DNA from: Pseudomonadota bacterium
GTDB taxonomy: Bacteria > Pseudomonadota > Gammaproteobacteria > Ga0077536
Direction: 5' to 3'
NCBI GenBank assembly: GCA_039800485.1
Contig: JBDLQR010000463.1
Span: 1 to 34,151, forward strand
Length of the DNA stretch: 34,151 nucleotides
Numbering within the stretch: position 1 is the stretch's first letter; the number at the start of each line of letters is the position of its first letter. The position numbers were made by a program, and so were the translations under genes. This document shows, piece by piece, positions 6,779 through 16,969 of this stretch. The notes beneath the pieces were generated by a model that did no database searches, had not been told where the DNA came from, and saw only the letters and a list, made by a program, of their open reading frames with translations.

Positions 6779-8782
6779 ATGTCCTATTTGGGATTCTCCG
6801 TTTTATGCGGCTTCCTGGCCATTGCCTATGGCATCTGGTCAGTGCGCTGGATTCTGGCGCAGCCTGAAGGCAATGCGCGCATGCGCGAAATCGCGGCAGC
6901 CATCCAGCAGGGGGCTTCGGCCTACCTGAACCGCCAGTACACCACCATCGGTATCGTCGGCGTGGTGCTGTTCGGCCTGCTGTGGGTGCTGCTGGACATG
7001 TTCACCGCGGTCGGCTTCGCCTTCGGCGCGCTGCTGTCCGGGGCGGCCGGCTACATCGGCATGAATGTCTCCGTGCGCTCCAATGTCCGTACCGCCCAGG
7101 CGGCCCACAACGGGATGGCGGCCGCGCTGGCCGTCGCGTTCCGCGGGGGTGCGGTCACCGGCATGCTGGTGGTGGGTCTCGGCCTGCTCGGCTGCGCCGG
7201 GTTCTACATGCTCGCCCCTCAGCTGCTGGGCGCGAATGAAGAGCAGAACCTGCACGGGCTGGTCGGCCTCGCCTTCGGTGGCTCTCTCATCTCCATCTTC
7301 GCGCGACTGGGCGGTGGCATCTTCACCAAGGGTGCAGACGTGGGCGCCGACCTCGTGGGCAAGGTGGAAGCCGGCATTCCCGAGGATGACCCGCGCAACC
7401 CGGCCGTGATTGCCGACAACGTGGGCGACAACGTGGGTGACTGCGCCGGCATGGCCGCTGACCTCTTCGAGACCTATGCCGTGACCGTGGTCGCCACCAT
7501 GGTGCTGGGCAGCCTGATGCTCGAGAAGTTCGGCGCCAACGCCACCATCTACCCACTGGTGCTTGGCGGCGCTTCCATCATCGCCTCCATCATCGGCACC
7601 TTCTTCGTGAAGGCGCCGGACCAGAAGATCATGAAGGCGCTCTACAAGGGTGTGATCGTGTCCGGGGTGCTGGCAGCCATTGCGTTCTACTTCATCAGTG
7701 AACGCATGATGGGCGAACAGGCCATGCCCATGTTCTACTGCTCGCTGGTGGGCCTGGTGCTGACTGGCGTCATCGTGTGGATCACCGAGTACTACACCGG
7801 TACTGAATACGCGCCGGTGAAGCATGTGGCGGCCGCTTCGCAGACGGGCCATGCGACCAACATCATCGCGGGCCTCGGCGTGTCGATGAAATCCTGCGCC
7901 CTGCCTGTGCTTGCGGTCTGCGTCGCCATCTTCGCCGCCTACTCGCTGGGTGAGCTTTACGGTATCGCCATCGCGGCTACCGCCATGCTCTCCATGACCG
8001 GCATGGTGGTGGCACTCGACGCCTATGGCCCCATCACGGACAACGCCGGCGGCATCGCCGAAATGGCCGACCTGCCAAAGGAAATCCGCAACATCACCGA
8101 CCCGCTGGATGCCGTAGGCAACACCACCAAGGCGGTGACCAAGGGTTACGCCATCGGCTCCGCGGGCCTGGCCTCGCTGGTGCTCTTTGCCGACTACACC
8201 CACAAGCTGGAAGAGGCTGGCAAGACCGTGTCCTTCGACCTCTCCAACCATATGGTGATCATCGGCCTGTTCATCGGGGGTCTGGTGCCCTACCTCTTCG
8301 GCGCCATGGCGATGGAAGCGGTGGGTCGCGCCGCCGGCGCCGTGGTGAACGAGGTGCGCCGCCAGTTCCGCGAGATCAAGGGCATCATGGAAGGCACGGC
8401 CAAGCCGGATTACTCCCGCGCCGTGGACATGCTGACCAAGTCCGCGATCAAGGAAATGATCCTGCCCTCGCTGCTGCCGATTCTGGTGCCGGTGATCGTC
8501 GGCGTCGCACTCGGCCCCGAGGCGCTGGGCGGCGTGCTGATGGGAACCATCGTCACCGGGCTCTTTGTCGCGATCTCGATGACCACCGGCGGTGGCGCAT
8601 GGGATAACGCCAAGAAGTACATCGAGGACGGTCATTTCGGCGGCAAGGGTTCTGATGCCCACAAGGCCGCCGTCACGGGAGACACCGTGGGCGACCCCTA
8701 CAAGGACACTGCCGGCCCTGCCGTGAATCCGTTGATCAAGATCATCAACATCGTCGCCCTGCTGATCGTGCCGCTGCTGTAA
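6779..8782 (+). CDS. hppA: Membrane-bound H+-translocating pyrophosphatase, K+-independent type.
   Basis: ORF 6668-8782 trimmed to ATG 6779, which has an AGAGGGG ribosome-binding site. It is a polytopic membrane protein with the motifs [20 protein letters not shown] and [29 protein letters not shown] (8117-8146) carries Lys where K+-dependent enzymes have Ala. Confidence 0.95.
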   Translation: MSYLGFSVLCGFLAIAYGIWSVRWILAQPEGNARMREIAAAIQQGASAYLNRQYTTIGIVGVVLFGLLWVLLDMFTAVGFAFGALLSGAAGYIGMNVSVRSNVRTAQAAHNGMAAALAVAFRGGAVTGMLVVGLGLLGCAGFYMLAPQLLGANEEQNLHGLVGLAFGGSLISIFARLGGGIFTKGADVGADLVGKVEAGIPEDDPRNPAVIADNVGDNVGDCAGMAADLFETYAVTVVATMVLGSLMLEKFGANATIYPLVLGGASIIASIIGTFFVKAPDQKIMKALYKGVIVSGVLAAIAFYFISERMMGEQAMPMFYCSLVGLVLTGVIVWITEYYTGTEYAPVKHVAAASQTGHATNIIAGLGVSMKSCALPVLAVCVAIFAAYSLGELYGIAIAATAMLSMTGMVVALDAYGPITDNAGGIAEMADLPKEIRNITDPLDAVGNTTKAVTKGYAIGSAGLASLVLFADYTHKLEEAGKTVSFDLSNHMVIIGLFIGGLVPYLFGAMAMEAVGRAAGAVVNEVRRQFREIKGIMEGTAKPDYSRAVDMLTKSAIKEMILPSLLPILVPVIVGVALGPEALGGVLMGTIVTGLFVAISMTTGGGAWDNAKKYIEDGHFGGKGSDAHKAAVTGDTVGDPYKDTAGPAVNPLIKIINIVALLIVPLL

Positions 8783-8807
8783 GCGATACGTTCACTGCAA
8801 GGACTGG

Positions 8808-8835
8808 AAGCCCCGCCTCGTGCGGGGCTTTTTTT
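8808..8835 (+). terminator. Rho-independent terminator of hppA.
   Basis: AAGCCCCGC (8808-8816), loop CTCGT, GCGGGGCTT (8822-8830), then a T7 run ending at 8835. It begins 26 nt after the hppA stop. Confidence 0.8.
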
Positions 8836-10637
8836 CAGGCAGCGAGGCGCCGGGTGCGATGCTCCAGCCAGGCGAGCGCCGCGCCCTCCAGCAAAGGTGC
8901 AAGACGCTCGCGCACCATGGCGTGATAATCGTTGAGCCACGCGAGCTCATCCGGCCGCAGCAGCGACAACTCCAGGCAACGGGTATCAATCGGGCACAGG
9001 GTGAGCGTTTCGAATTCCAGCATCTCCCCGAACGCCCCGGCTTCTGGCGTTGCCGCTTCGCGATTCAGCACCAGGTTCTCGATGCGCACGCCCCACTGCC
9101 CGGGACGATAGAGGCCGGGTTCATTGGAAGTCACCATGCCGGCTTCCATGGCCATGGCGGGGTCGGGCACCGCTTTGCTGATGCTCTGCGGCCCTTCATG
9201 CACATTCAGGAAATACCCCACGCCGTGGCCTGTGCCATGGCCGTAATCGAGGCCCTCCGCCCACAGTGGCGCGCGCGCCAGGGCGTCCAGCATCGGGGCC
9301 AGCGTGCCGCGCGGAAACCGCGCGCGACTGAGTGCCTGCATGCCCTTGAATACCAGAGTGCAGTCGCGCTTCATGGCGGCACTCACCTCGCCGATTGCCC
9401 ACACCCGGGTGATGTCCGTGGTGCCTCCCGGATACTGCCCGCCGGAATCGATCAGCAGCAGTCCGTTCCCTTCGATCACCGCATGGGATTCCGGTGTGGC
9501 GCGGTAGTGCGGCATCGCACCGTTGGCATTGAAGGCCGCGATGGTGGGAAAGCTCAGGCCGACGAAATGCGGGCGCTGCGCACGCGCCGCCGTGAGGCGT
9601 TCATCGATGGTGAGCTCCGTGATGCGTTCGCGTCCGAGGGCGGACTCGAACCAGGCGTAGAACTCGCACATCGCCGCCCCATCCTGCCGCATCACCTCGC
9701 GCAGGTGTGCCGCATCTGTCTCTGTCTTGCGGCTTTTCTGCAGCGTGCTTGGGTTGATGGCCTCGATGATGCGCAGCCGGGGTGGCAAGGCACTGCGCAG
9801 GCCGAGCGTGACCCGGCGCGGGTCAATCAGACAGACGGCTTCTTCAGGCAGGCTCGCGAGCGCCGAGGCTGCCGCAGCGTAAGGGGCCAGCGCGATGCCG
9901 TCTGCCGCCAGCGCCTGCGTGAGTGCTGCATCCACCTTGCCTTCACCGATGAAAAGCGTGGCCGCGTCGGGCGCGATGAGCAGATGCGCCAGAAACACCG
10001 GGTTGTATTCCACGTCACCGCCCCGGAGATTGGTGATGAAGGCGATGTCATCCAGCGTGGAAACCAGATGATGCGTGGCGCCCCGTTGCGCCATCGCTGC
10101 CCGCACCTCGCGCAGACGTGCACTGCGCGGAGCGGATACCCAAGGCAACACATGTTCGTAGACGGGTGTGACCGGTAGTTCTGGACGATCAGGCCAGATT
10201 GCATCCGCAAGGTCGAGGTCCGTACGCAGCGTCATGCCGGCGCGCGCCAATGCCGACTCCAGCGCCTGCGCGGCGGCAAGCGCGAGCGTCTGACCGTCCA
10301 CATTCACCACGCTTCCGGGCGCGAGGCGCGTGGTCAGCCACTCCACATGGGCGGTGCTGGCCGCGGCGGTCAGTTTTTCCAGCACGATGCCTGTGCCGGC
10401 CATTTCGCGTTCGGCCTGTACCCAGTAACGGCTGTCGGCGAACAGCGCAGCCTCGGCAGTTGTCACGACCAGCGTCCCCATGGAACCCGTGAAGCCCGAG
10501 AGCCATTGGCGGGTCTGCCAGCGCGCAGGCAGGTATTCACTGAGATGCGGGTCCGCACTGGTCACGACCAGTCCCTGGACGCCGACACGCGCCATCGCCG
10601 CGCGGAGGTCTTGCAGACGTTGCTGGATACTGTGCAT
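8835..10637 (-). CDS. Aminopeptidase P family protein (M24B Xaa-Pro aminopeptidase, long form with creatinase-like N-domains).
   Basis: M24 metal-ligand motifs HGTGHGVGYFLNVHEGP, SNEPGLY and IENLV. ORF 8835-10832 trimmed to ATG 10637 (MHSIQQRLQDLRAAM...), because the upstream extension is Arg/Pro-rich junk. Confidence 0.85.
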   Translation of the reverse strand: MHSIQQRLQDLRAAMARVGVQGLVVTSADPHLSEYLPARWQTRQWLSGFTGSMGTLVVTTAEAALFADSRYWVQAEREMAGTGIVLEKLTAAASTAHVEWLTTRLAPGSVVNVDGQTLALAAAQALESALARAGMTLRTDLDLADAIWPDRPELPVTPVYEHVLPWVSAPRSARLREVRAAMAQRGATHHLVSTLDDIAFITNLRGGDVEYNPVFLAHLLIAPDAATLFIGEGKVDAALTQALAADGIALAPYAAAASALASLPEEAVCLIDPRRVTLGLRSALPPRLRIIEAINPSTLQKSRKTETDAAHLREVMRQDGAAMCEFYAWFESALGRERITELTIDERLTAARAQRPHFVGLSFPTIAAFNANGAMPHYRATPESHAVIEGNGLLLIDSGGQYPGGTTDITRVWAIGEVSAAMKRDCTLVFKGMQALSRARFPRGTLAPMLDALARAPLWAEGLDYGHGTGHGVGYFLNVHEGPQSISKAVPDPAMAMEAGMVTSNEPGLYRPGQWGVRIENLVLNREAATPEAGAFGEMLEFETLTLCPIDTRCLELSLLRPDELAWLNDYHAMVRERLAPLLEGAALAWLEHRTRRLAA

Positions 10638-10705
10638 GGTGGAGCGCCGAAGGAATGATCGCTGCAAGCATCGCACACCAAACCCGCGGGTTACACTCAG
10701 GACAC

Positions 10706-12019
10706 ATGAACACCGAAAACGCTTCCGCCGAACCTGCGGCCGAGACTGCGCATCTGCGCGGCATCGAGGCGCTGCGCGCAGGGCGACTCGATGAGGCCGA
10801 GGCCTGCCTGCGGCAAGCCCTCGCACTGGCACCCGACAATGCGGTCTATCAATCCAACTTCAGCGTAATCCTGCGCGAGCGTGGCCTGCCGGAAGCCTCT
10901 TTGGCAGCGGCGGAGCGTGCGGTCAGTCTCGCGCCCGGCTTCGCTGGCGCCTGGTACAACCGGGGGATTTCGCTCGCCGAGCTCGAGCGTTACGAGGAGG
11001 CGCTGCAGAGCTACGCGCAGGCGCTCACCCTCAACGGGGATTACGCCGAGGCCTGGTTCAATCAGGGCAGCGTTCTGCTGCGCCTTGATCGGCTCGGCGA
11101 GGCACGTGACAGCTATGCACGCGCGGTGGCGCTGGCACCCGACAACGCCCTCTTTCTGCACCACCTCGGCGTGGCCCTGGATGGCCTCGGGTTATTTGCA
11201 GACGCCTTGCCGGTCTATGAAAAGGCACTGGAGCTCGCACCCGGACAGGCGATCAGCTGGTTCAACTGCGGCATAGACCGAATCAAGCTCGGTGATCTCG
11301 AAGGCGGCAAGGCCTGCTATGCACGCGCGCTCGCCGGCGGCCACCCCGATCCGGAGCTGGTACGTTTCTTCATGGCCGCGGCAGAAGGCGGCTCACCCCC
11401 GCCCACTGCGCCTGCGGAATACCTCAGGAATCTTTTCGACGGTTATGCGCCGCGTTTTGAGCAGCATCTGGTGGGTGTGCTCGGTTACGCCGCACCCGAA
11501 GTGCTGTTTGAACTCCTGGGCGCGCAGCTGGGCAGGGATCTGGAGATCCTCGATCTAGGCTGCGGCACCGGCCTCCTGGGGCGGCTGCTGCGGCCGCATG
11601 CCCGCCGGCTGATCGGGGTCGATCTGGCACCGGTGATGATTGAGGAAGCGCGCACCAGAGCGATCTATGACGCGCTGGTCCTTGCTGATGTCCGGGATTA
11701 CCTGCGCGCGCGCGCAGATCCGCTGGATCTGGTGGTGGCCACCGATGTGTTCATTTACGTGGGCGATCTGGATGAGGTGTTCAAAGATGTTTCCCGCCTG
11801 CTCACACCCGGCGGATTGTTCGCATTCTCGGTGGAGCAGCATCCCGAGGAAGGCTTTGCCCTGCTCTCCACTCTGCGCTCTGCCCACTCTTACGCCTACT
11901 GCACCCGCCTGGGCAGACGTCATGGCTTGCAGTTGCGCAAGGCGGAGTCCCGCCCCATCCGGCGCCATGGCGAAGGTGAAATCGCCGGCTATTACCTGGT
12001 CTTTGCCAAACCTGCGTGA
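10706..12019 (+). CDS. TPR-repeat / class I SAM-dependent methyltransferase fusion protein (COG4976-like).
   Basis: The N-terminal roughly 230 aa consists of tandem TPR units (AWYNRGISLAELERYEEALQSYAQAL and similar). The C-terminal half has methyltransferase motif I, ILDLGCGTGLLG. Start ATG 10706 has AGGA 5 nt upstream. Confidence 0.8.
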   Translation: MNTENASAEPAAETAHLRGIEALRAGRLDEAEACLRQALALAPDNAVYQSNFSVILRERGLPEASLAAAERAVSLAPGFAGAWYNRGISLAELERYEEALQSYAQALTLNGDYAEAWFNQGSVLLRLDRLGEARDSYARAVALAPDNALFLHHLGVALDGLGLFADALPVYEKALELAPGQAISWFNCGIDRIKLGDLEGGKACYARALAGGHPDPELVRFFMAAAEGGSPPPTAPAEYLRNLFDGYAPRFEQHLVGVLGYAAPEVLFELLGAQLGRDLEILDLGCGTGLLGRLLRPHARRLIGVDLAPVMIEEARTRAIYDALVLADVRDYLRARADPLDLVVATDVFIYVGDLDEVFKDVSRLLTPGGLFAFSVEQHPEEGFALLSTLRSAHSYAYCTRLGRRHGLQLRKAESRPIRRHGEGEIAGYYLVFAKPA

Positions 12020-12030
12020 ACACCTGCCGG

Positions 12031-12615
12031 TCAGTGCGTGACAAGGGCATGTGAAATGCCGCATGCATCAAGCAGCACGACGGTTTCTGCCAGCGGCAAG
12101 CCGACCACGTTGGAGTAGCTACCCTCGATGCGCGCCACCAGGGCGCCACCCAGACCCTGGATGCCATAGGCGCCGGCCTTGTCAGCCGGTTCGCCGGAGG
12201 CCCAATAGGCGGCAATCTCTGATTCGCTCAAAGTCCGGAACTGCACGCGGGTTTCCACCACCTGCACCGCCAGTGTATCCGTGGCCAGCGCAACGCCCGT
12301 GAACACGGAATGCCAGCGCCCGGACAGACGGCGCAAAATGCGCGCGGCATCTGCGGCATCGGCAGGTTTGCCGAGGATTTCTCCGGCACACACCACCGTG
12401 GTATCCGCAGCCAGTACCGGCAGTGTGCTGCCACTGGCTGCCCGCCCCGCCCGGGCCTTCGCGCCGGCAAGGCGCGCCACATAGCTGTCCGCGGGCTCAC
12501 CCGCATGCGGCGTCTCATCCACTTCCACATCCACCACCGCAAAGGACACACCGAGCGTGCGCAGCAGTTCCGCGCGCCGCGGAGAACGGGAAGCGAGCAG
12601 CAGATCAGCACTCAT
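12031..12615 (-). CDS. maf: Maf-like nucleoside triphosphate pyrophosphatase.
   Basis: N-terminus LLLASRSPRRAELLRTLGV and C-terminal AGAYGIQG motif. ORF 12031-12846 trimmed to ATG 12615, which overlaps the rlmH stop (ATGA). Confidence 0.85.
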   Translation of the reverse strand: MSADLLLASRSPRRAELLRTLGVSFAVVDVEVDETPHAGEPADSYVARLAGAKARAGRAASGSTLPVLAADTTVVCAGEILGKPADAADAARILRRLSGRWHSVFTGVALATDTLAVQVVETRVQFRTLSESEIAAYWASGEPADKAGAYGIQGLGGALVARIEGSYSNVVGLPLAETVVLLDACGISHALVTH

Positions 12616-13076
12616 GCGCGATGGTAAGGATGATGATTGAGCAAGGACCACGCGCGGTAGATCTGCTCCACCACGATCACACGCACCATCTGGTGCGGCA
12701 GCGTCAGCCGGGAAAGGGACCAGACCCGCGCCGCACGATCGCGCACGCTCTGCGCCAAGCCTTCGGCGCCGCCAATCACCAGCGTCACGTCGCGCCCGCC
12801 CTGCTGCCAGTCGGCGAGCTCGTTCGCGAGTTCGGCTGTGGACCATGACTTGCCGCGCTCATCGAGCGCCACCAGCATCGCGCGCTCGGGATGTGCCTTG
12901 AACAGCGCATCGGCCTCACGCTCCCGCTGCTGCTCGGCATTCGCCACCCCCTGTGCCGGTGGCAATTCGCGCACCTTGAAGTCGAGCCTGCCCTGCAGGC
13001 GCTTCAGGTACTCATCCGTAGCCTCGCTCGCCCACGCTGCAGGGCGCCTGCTCACGCACAGGAGCTGCAGGCGCAC
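12612..13076 (-). CDS. rlmH: 23S rRNA (pseudouridine1915-N3)-methyltransferase RlmH (SPOUT family).
   Basis: 154 aa with a GTG start. Typical RlmH length and sequence (MRLQLLCVSRR...DEYLKRL...TLVIGGAEGL...SLSRLTLPHQMVRV). Conserved rsfS-rlmH synteny. Confidence 0.9.
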   Translation of the reverse strand: MRLQLLCVSRRPAAWASEATDEYLKRLQGRLDFKVRELPPAQGVANAEQQREREADALFKAHPERAMLVALDERGKSWSTAELANELADWQQGGRDVTLVIGGAEGLAQSVRDRAARVWSLSRLTLPHQMVRVIVVEQIYRAWSLLNHHPYHRA

Positions 13077-13084
13077 GGGCGCGG

Positions 13085-13459
13085 CTACTCGACCGGGGCC
13101 TCTGCGTCAGCTTTCGCCTTGCGCGCACGCGGGGGTGGCGCCCAGAGTTTTTCGATCTGATAGAACTCGCGCGTTTCCGCCTGCATCACATGGCAGATGA
13201 CATCCCCGAGATCAACCAGGATCCATTCGGCCGCCTGCTGTCCTTCCGTCCCGAGCGGCTTCTGCTTGAGGGCGCGGGCGGCTTCGGCCACCTGATCAGA
13301 CAGCGCCTTCACCTGTCGCGAAGAACGGCCGGTGGCCACCACCATGTAATCGGTCATGCTGGTGAGCTTGCGCACATCCAGCACCTTGATGTCGACGGCC
13401 TTGCCGTCATCGAGGGCTTTGGTGACCGCATCGAGAAGGACTTTGGGTTTGACTGGCAT
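13085..13459 (-). CDS. rsfS: Ribosome silencing factor RsfS.
   Basis: ORF 13085-13537 trimmed to ATG 13459, 17 nt after the nadD stop. Motifs DIKVLDV, TDYMVVATGRSSRQV, WILVDLGDVICHVM and YQIEKLW match RsfS/YbeB. Confidence 0.85.
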   Translation of the reverse strand: MPVKPKVLLDAVTKALDDGKAVDIKVLDVRKLTSMTDYMVVATGRSSRQVKALSDQVAEAARALKQKPLGTEGQQAAEWILVDLGDVICHVMQAETREFYQIEKLWAPPPRARKAKADAEAPVE

Positions 13460-13475
13460 GGGTGGAGGATGCTCC

Positions 13476-14105
13476 TCAGCGATAAAGGCGATGTTGTTCG
13501 ATGTACTCCACCACCGCAGGTGGCGTGAGTGCGGCAAGGCTGCGACTGGCGCGCACGCGCGCGCGGAGATCCGTAGCCGAGATGGGCAGCAAGGGAATCG
13601 ATTGCAGCAGGATGTGTCCTGAGAGGCGTGTTTTCAATGCATCCACTTCCTGCACCTCGGCACGCGCGAGGAGATCCTGCAACGCTTCATCCTGCGGCGG
13701 GGCGTAACCCGGACGGGTGGCCACCACCAGATGGGCGAACCCCAGCAGTTCCTGCCAGCGGTGCCAGCGCGGCAAGCCATTGAAGGCGTCCTGCCCGAGG
13801 ATGAAGCAGATCGCGGTGTGCGGCTCCTCCCGTCGCAGGGCTGCCAAGGTCTCGACGGTGTAGGTGATACCGCTGCCGGCAAGCTCACGGGCGTCCACCC
13901 GCAGGGCCGTCCCGGGCACCGCGGCGTCGAGCATCGCAAGTCGATCAGAAGCGCTGGCGCCTGGCTCGTCCCTGAGATTGGGCAACCGCGCCGGCAGCAG
14001 ACGGACTTCGGAAAGACCGAGCACTTCCCGGCATTCGATGGCCAGTCGCAGATGCCCGTGGTGCACGGGATCGAAAGTACCCCCCAGCACCCCGAGTGAT
14101 CGCAT
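13476..14105 (-). CDS. nadD: Nicotinate-nucleotide adenylyltransferase.
   Basis: GGTFDPVHHGH nucleotidyltransferase motif at the N-terminus when started at ATG 14105. The longer ORF to 14159 would overlap proA. Confidence 0.9.
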   Translation of the reverse strand: MRSLGVLGGTFDPVHHGHLRLAIECREVLGLSEVRLLPARLPNLRDEPGASASDRLAMLDAAVPGTALRVDARELAGSGITYTVETLAALRREEPHTAICFILGQDAFNGLPRWHRWQELLGFAHLVVATRPGYAPPQDEALQDLLARAEVQEVDALKTRLSGHILLQSIPLLPISATDLRARVRASRSLAALTPPAVVEYIEQHRLYR

Positions 14106-14122
14106 GGACTGCCTGTCGGCGT

Positions 14123-15397
14123 TCAGCCCCTGACCTCCCCGTTCCCGAGCACGATCCATTTCTGCGACGTGAGGCCTTCAAGACCCACCGGGCCGCGCGC
14201 ATGGAATTTGTCGGTGCTGATGCCGATCTCGGCCCCCAGCCCGTATTCGAAGCCATCGGCGAAGCGGGTAGAGGCGTTCACCATGACCGAACTGGAGTCC
14301 ACTTCACGCAGGAAACGCAGGGCGTGGCTGTAGTTCTCCGTGATGATGGCATCCGTATGTTGCGAGCCGTACTGGCGAATGTGCTGCATGGCTTCGTCCA
14401 GGGAGGACACCACGCGCACCGCGAGGATGGGCGCGAGGTATTCGGCATACCAGTCCTCTTCCGTGGCCGGCGCCACACCAGCGTCCAGTGCACGGGTTGC
14501 TGCGCACCCTCGCAACTCCACCCCGGCGGCGCGGTAGCGGGCAAACAGCGGCGGCAGCAGCGAGGACGCAACGGCAGCGTGGACCAGCAGGGTTTCCATG
14601 GTGTTGCAGGTGCCATATCGCTGGCATTTGGCGTTGAAGGCCACCTGTTCAGCCTTGGCGGGATCCGCGTCTGCATCGAGGTAGACATGACATACCCCAT
14701 CGAGATGCTTGATCACCGGCACGCGTGCTTCCGCAGTCACGCGCTCGATGAGGCTCTTGCCACCGCGCGGCACGATCACATCCACCCACGCGGGACTCTG
14801 CAGCAAGGCACCGACGGCTGCGCGATCCGCGGTCTGCACCACCTGCACCGCGGCCGCAGGCAGCCCGGCCGCCTCCAGGCCCCTCAGGATGCAGGCGGCT
14901 ATCGCCTGGTTGGAATGCAGCGCCTCTGAGCCACCGCGCAGGATCACGGCATTGCCGGATTTGAGGCACAGGCCTGCGGCATCGGCCGTCACATTGGGGC
15001 GAGACTCGTAGATGATGCCGACCACACCGAGCGGCACCCGCATGCGTCCGACCTGGATGCCGGACGGGCGACGGGCCAGATCGGTGATCGCACCCACCGG
15101 ATCAGGCAGGGCCGCAATCTCGCGCAAACCCTGCGCCATGGCCGTGATGCGGGCGGGCGTCAAGGCGAGTCTGTCACGCGCGGCGGCGTCCAGATCTGTC
15201 GCCGCGTCGAGATCGCGCGCATTGGCCGCAGCAAGCGCGGCAGCCTCGGCTTCGATGACACGGGCGGTTTCGGTGAGCGCGAGGTTCTTGGCCGCGGTGG
15301 AGGCGCGCGCGATTTCCACGGAGGCCGCGCGCGCGGCGCGCCCGAGCCCCTGCATGTAGGCCTGGACGTCTGTGATGCTGGACTGGGATGCGCTCAT
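14123..15397 (-). CDS. proA: Glutamate-5-semialdehyde dehydrogenase (gamma-glutamyl phosphate reductase).
   Basis: 424-aa aldehyde-dehydrogenase-fold protein with typical ProA sequence ([43 protein letters not shown]). Its ATG overlaps the holA stop (ATGA at 15394-15397). Confidence 0.95.
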   Translation of the reverse strand: MSASQSSITDVQAYMQGLGRAARAASVEIARASTAAKNLALTETARVIEAEAAALAAANARDLDAATDLDAAARDRLALTPARITAMAQGLREIAALPDPVGAITDLARRPSGIQVGRMRVPLGVVGIIYESRPNVTADAAGLCLKSGNAVILRGGSEALHSNQAIAACILRGLEAAGLPAAAVQVVQTADRAAVGALLQSPAWVDVIVPRGGKSLIERVTAEARVPVIKHLDGVCHVYLDADADPAKAEQVAFNAKCQRYGTCNTMETLLVHAAVASSLLPPLFARYRAAGVELRGCAATRALDAGVAPATEEDWYAEYLAPILAVRVVSSLDEAMQHIRQYGSQHTDAIITENYSHALRFLREVDSSSVMVNASTRFADGFEYGLGAEIGISTDKFHARGPVGLEGLTSQKWIVLGNGEVRG

Positions 15398-16437
15398 GAC
15401 TCACCGGAAGTTGAGGGGGATTTGCCCGTCCCTGACACACTGGCCAAGGCCAGCAGCAGGGATTCGAGATCGTCCCATACATTGCCGAGCCCGTGGCCCT
15501 TGATCAATTGGTCGAGCCGGATGGCGTCTTCAAGCAGCGCGCTCAAACGGGCCACGGGATGTCGCTGCAGGGCCTGGCGCAGCAGTGGCTGTCGCGAGGG
15601 CCAGGCCTGCAGATCCCTGAACGCCTGCTCGAGCGATGCCCCGCAGGCTCGCGCGGCGGCCACCCGGGTCAAGGTGCGCAGCTCACGCACGAGGCCGAAA
15701 TTGATGAGCACGGGCTCGTTGCCCTCTGCGCGCAGGCCACGCAGCACTCTCACCGTGCGCGCGGGCTGCCCCGCGAGCGCTGCGTCCACGCACTGGAAGG
15801 TGTCATAGCGCGCGGTGTCCGATACGGCGGCGAGCACCGCCGCAAGATCGAGCGAGGAACCCTCGGCCAGCAGCGTGAGTTTGTCCACTTCCTGCGTGGC
15901 CGCGACCAGATTGCCCTCGGTTCGCAACGCCAGGAATTCGATGGCCTCGGCGGTGAGTTCCAGACCCCGGGCGCGTGCCCGCCCTGCCAGCCAGCCGCGA
16001 AAGGCTGTTTCATCGGGCTCGCGGCACCCTACCACCACACCCTGTCGCTCACAGGCCTGGACCCATGCAGCCTCCTGTTGCCGTCGATCGAGCGCGCCGG
16101 CCAGCACCAGGAACACATCGGGCGATTGGTCATCGCCGAGGAGCTCCGCCAGGCACTCCAGACCCGCGCGATCCGGCTTCTTGCCCGTCAAGCGGATTTC
16201 AATCAGCCGGCGCTCGGCAAACAGCGACAGCGTGCCGTTCAAGCCGCGCAGGCTGGTCCAGTCCTGGCTGCTGCCATCGAACACCACCCGCTCCGCGATG
16301 CCGGCGCCACGGGCGGCGCTGCGGATTGCATCGGCGCTCTCCATGGCCTGCAGGGGCTCGGGCCCGTGCAGGAGGTAGCGCGATTGCAGACCCTTGCGTG
16401 CGAGATGGTCCGGAAGCTGTTCCGGCCTAACCTGCAT
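15394..16437 (-). CDS. holA: DNA polymerase III subunit delta.
   Basis: ORF 15394-16785 trimmed to ATG 16437 ([30 protein letters not shown]...). Typical HolA N-terminus and length (347 aa). Conserved leuS-lptE-holA synteny. Overlaps the lptE 3' end by 11 nt. Confidence 0.8.
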   Translation of the reverse strand: MQVRPEQLPDHLARKGLQSRYLLHGPEPLQAMESADAIRSAARGAGIAERVVFDGSSQDWTSLRGLNGTLSLFAERRLIEIRLTGKKPDRAGLECLAELLGDDQSPDVFLVLAGALDRRQQEAAWVQACERQGVVVGCREPDETAFRGWLAGRARARGLELTAEAIEFLALRTEGNLVAATQEVDKLTLLAEGSSLDLAAVLAAVSDTARYDTFQCVDAALAGQPARTVRVLRGLRAEGNEPVLINFGLVRELRTLTRVAAARACGASLEQAFRDLQAWPSRQPLLRQALQRHPVARLSALLEDAIRLDQLIKGHGLGNVWDDLESLLLALASVSGTGKSPSTSGES

Positions 16438-16969
16438 TCTTGCGTGCGAGGTCGAGGTCCAGGGCCTCGAGCCGGAAAATGAGGGCGCGCGCCGCATCTT
16501 TTGCCAGCTCGTAGCGGATGGTGGTTTCCACCTCTTCCGTACCGAGCAGCGCGGCCTCGTCGAACACGAAGTCCTGGGTCCAGACAATGGTCTCGGGCGG
16601 CGCGACCACGGTCCCGCCGGGTGTACGCACCGTGAGCTCGACTTCCAGCCCCAGTTCCATCTCGCGCACCTTGCCGGTCTGGTCATCCACCGACAGCACG
16701 CGCCGGTCGAAGCGCTCGCGGCGCAGCTCGATGACGGCCTCGGCCTCTTTGCGGTCCGTGATGACGCTGACGCCACTGTAGCCAAGCTGGGTCACGAACC
16801 AGGGATAGAGATACCCCCCGCCGTCAGACACGATGAATACGCGCTTGAACGGAATCTGGCTCGGCCCGGTGCCACGCAGGTGCCACCCGCCACAGGCGCT
16901 CAGCAGGAGCGTTCCTGCCAACACGGCGAGCGCGGCAAGGCGGAGGACTGGGCGGCCTGGGTGGGTCAT
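16427..16969 (-). CDS. lptE: LPS-assembly lipoprotein LptE.
   Basis: Lipoprotein signal peptide with lipobox LLSAC, followed by the LptE-typical GGWHLRG. 180 aa. Its ATG overlaps the leuS stop (ATGA). Confidence 0.8.
   Translation of the reverse strand: MTHPGRPVLRLAALAVLAGTLLLSACGGWHLRGTGPSQIPFKRVFIVSDGGGYLYPWFVTQLGYSGVSVITDRKEAEAVIELRRERFDRRVLSVDDQTGKVREMELGLEVELTVRTPGGTVVAPPETIVWTQDFVFDEAALLGTEEVETTIRYELAKDAARALIFRLEALDLDLARKNAG

Noticed and set aside
6839-10178. Long antisense ORFs 6839-8662(-) and 8820-10178(+), opposite hppA and the aminopeptidase.
   Set aside because: Same reasoning. hppA and the M24 peptidase are unambiguous, and the shadows are His/Arg/Gly/Asp-rich with no motifs.
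15394-16785. N-terminal extensions of listed ORFs: 15394-16785, 12031-12846, 8835-10832, 24204-24896, 31970-32635, 29604-30665, 6668-8782, 3649-5328, 13085-13537 and 13476-14159.
   Set aside because: The extensions overlap the upstream gene or are Arg/Pro/Ala-rich junk. Internal starts give N-termini that match the family and often have a Shine-Dalgarno sequence or ATGA-type coupling.
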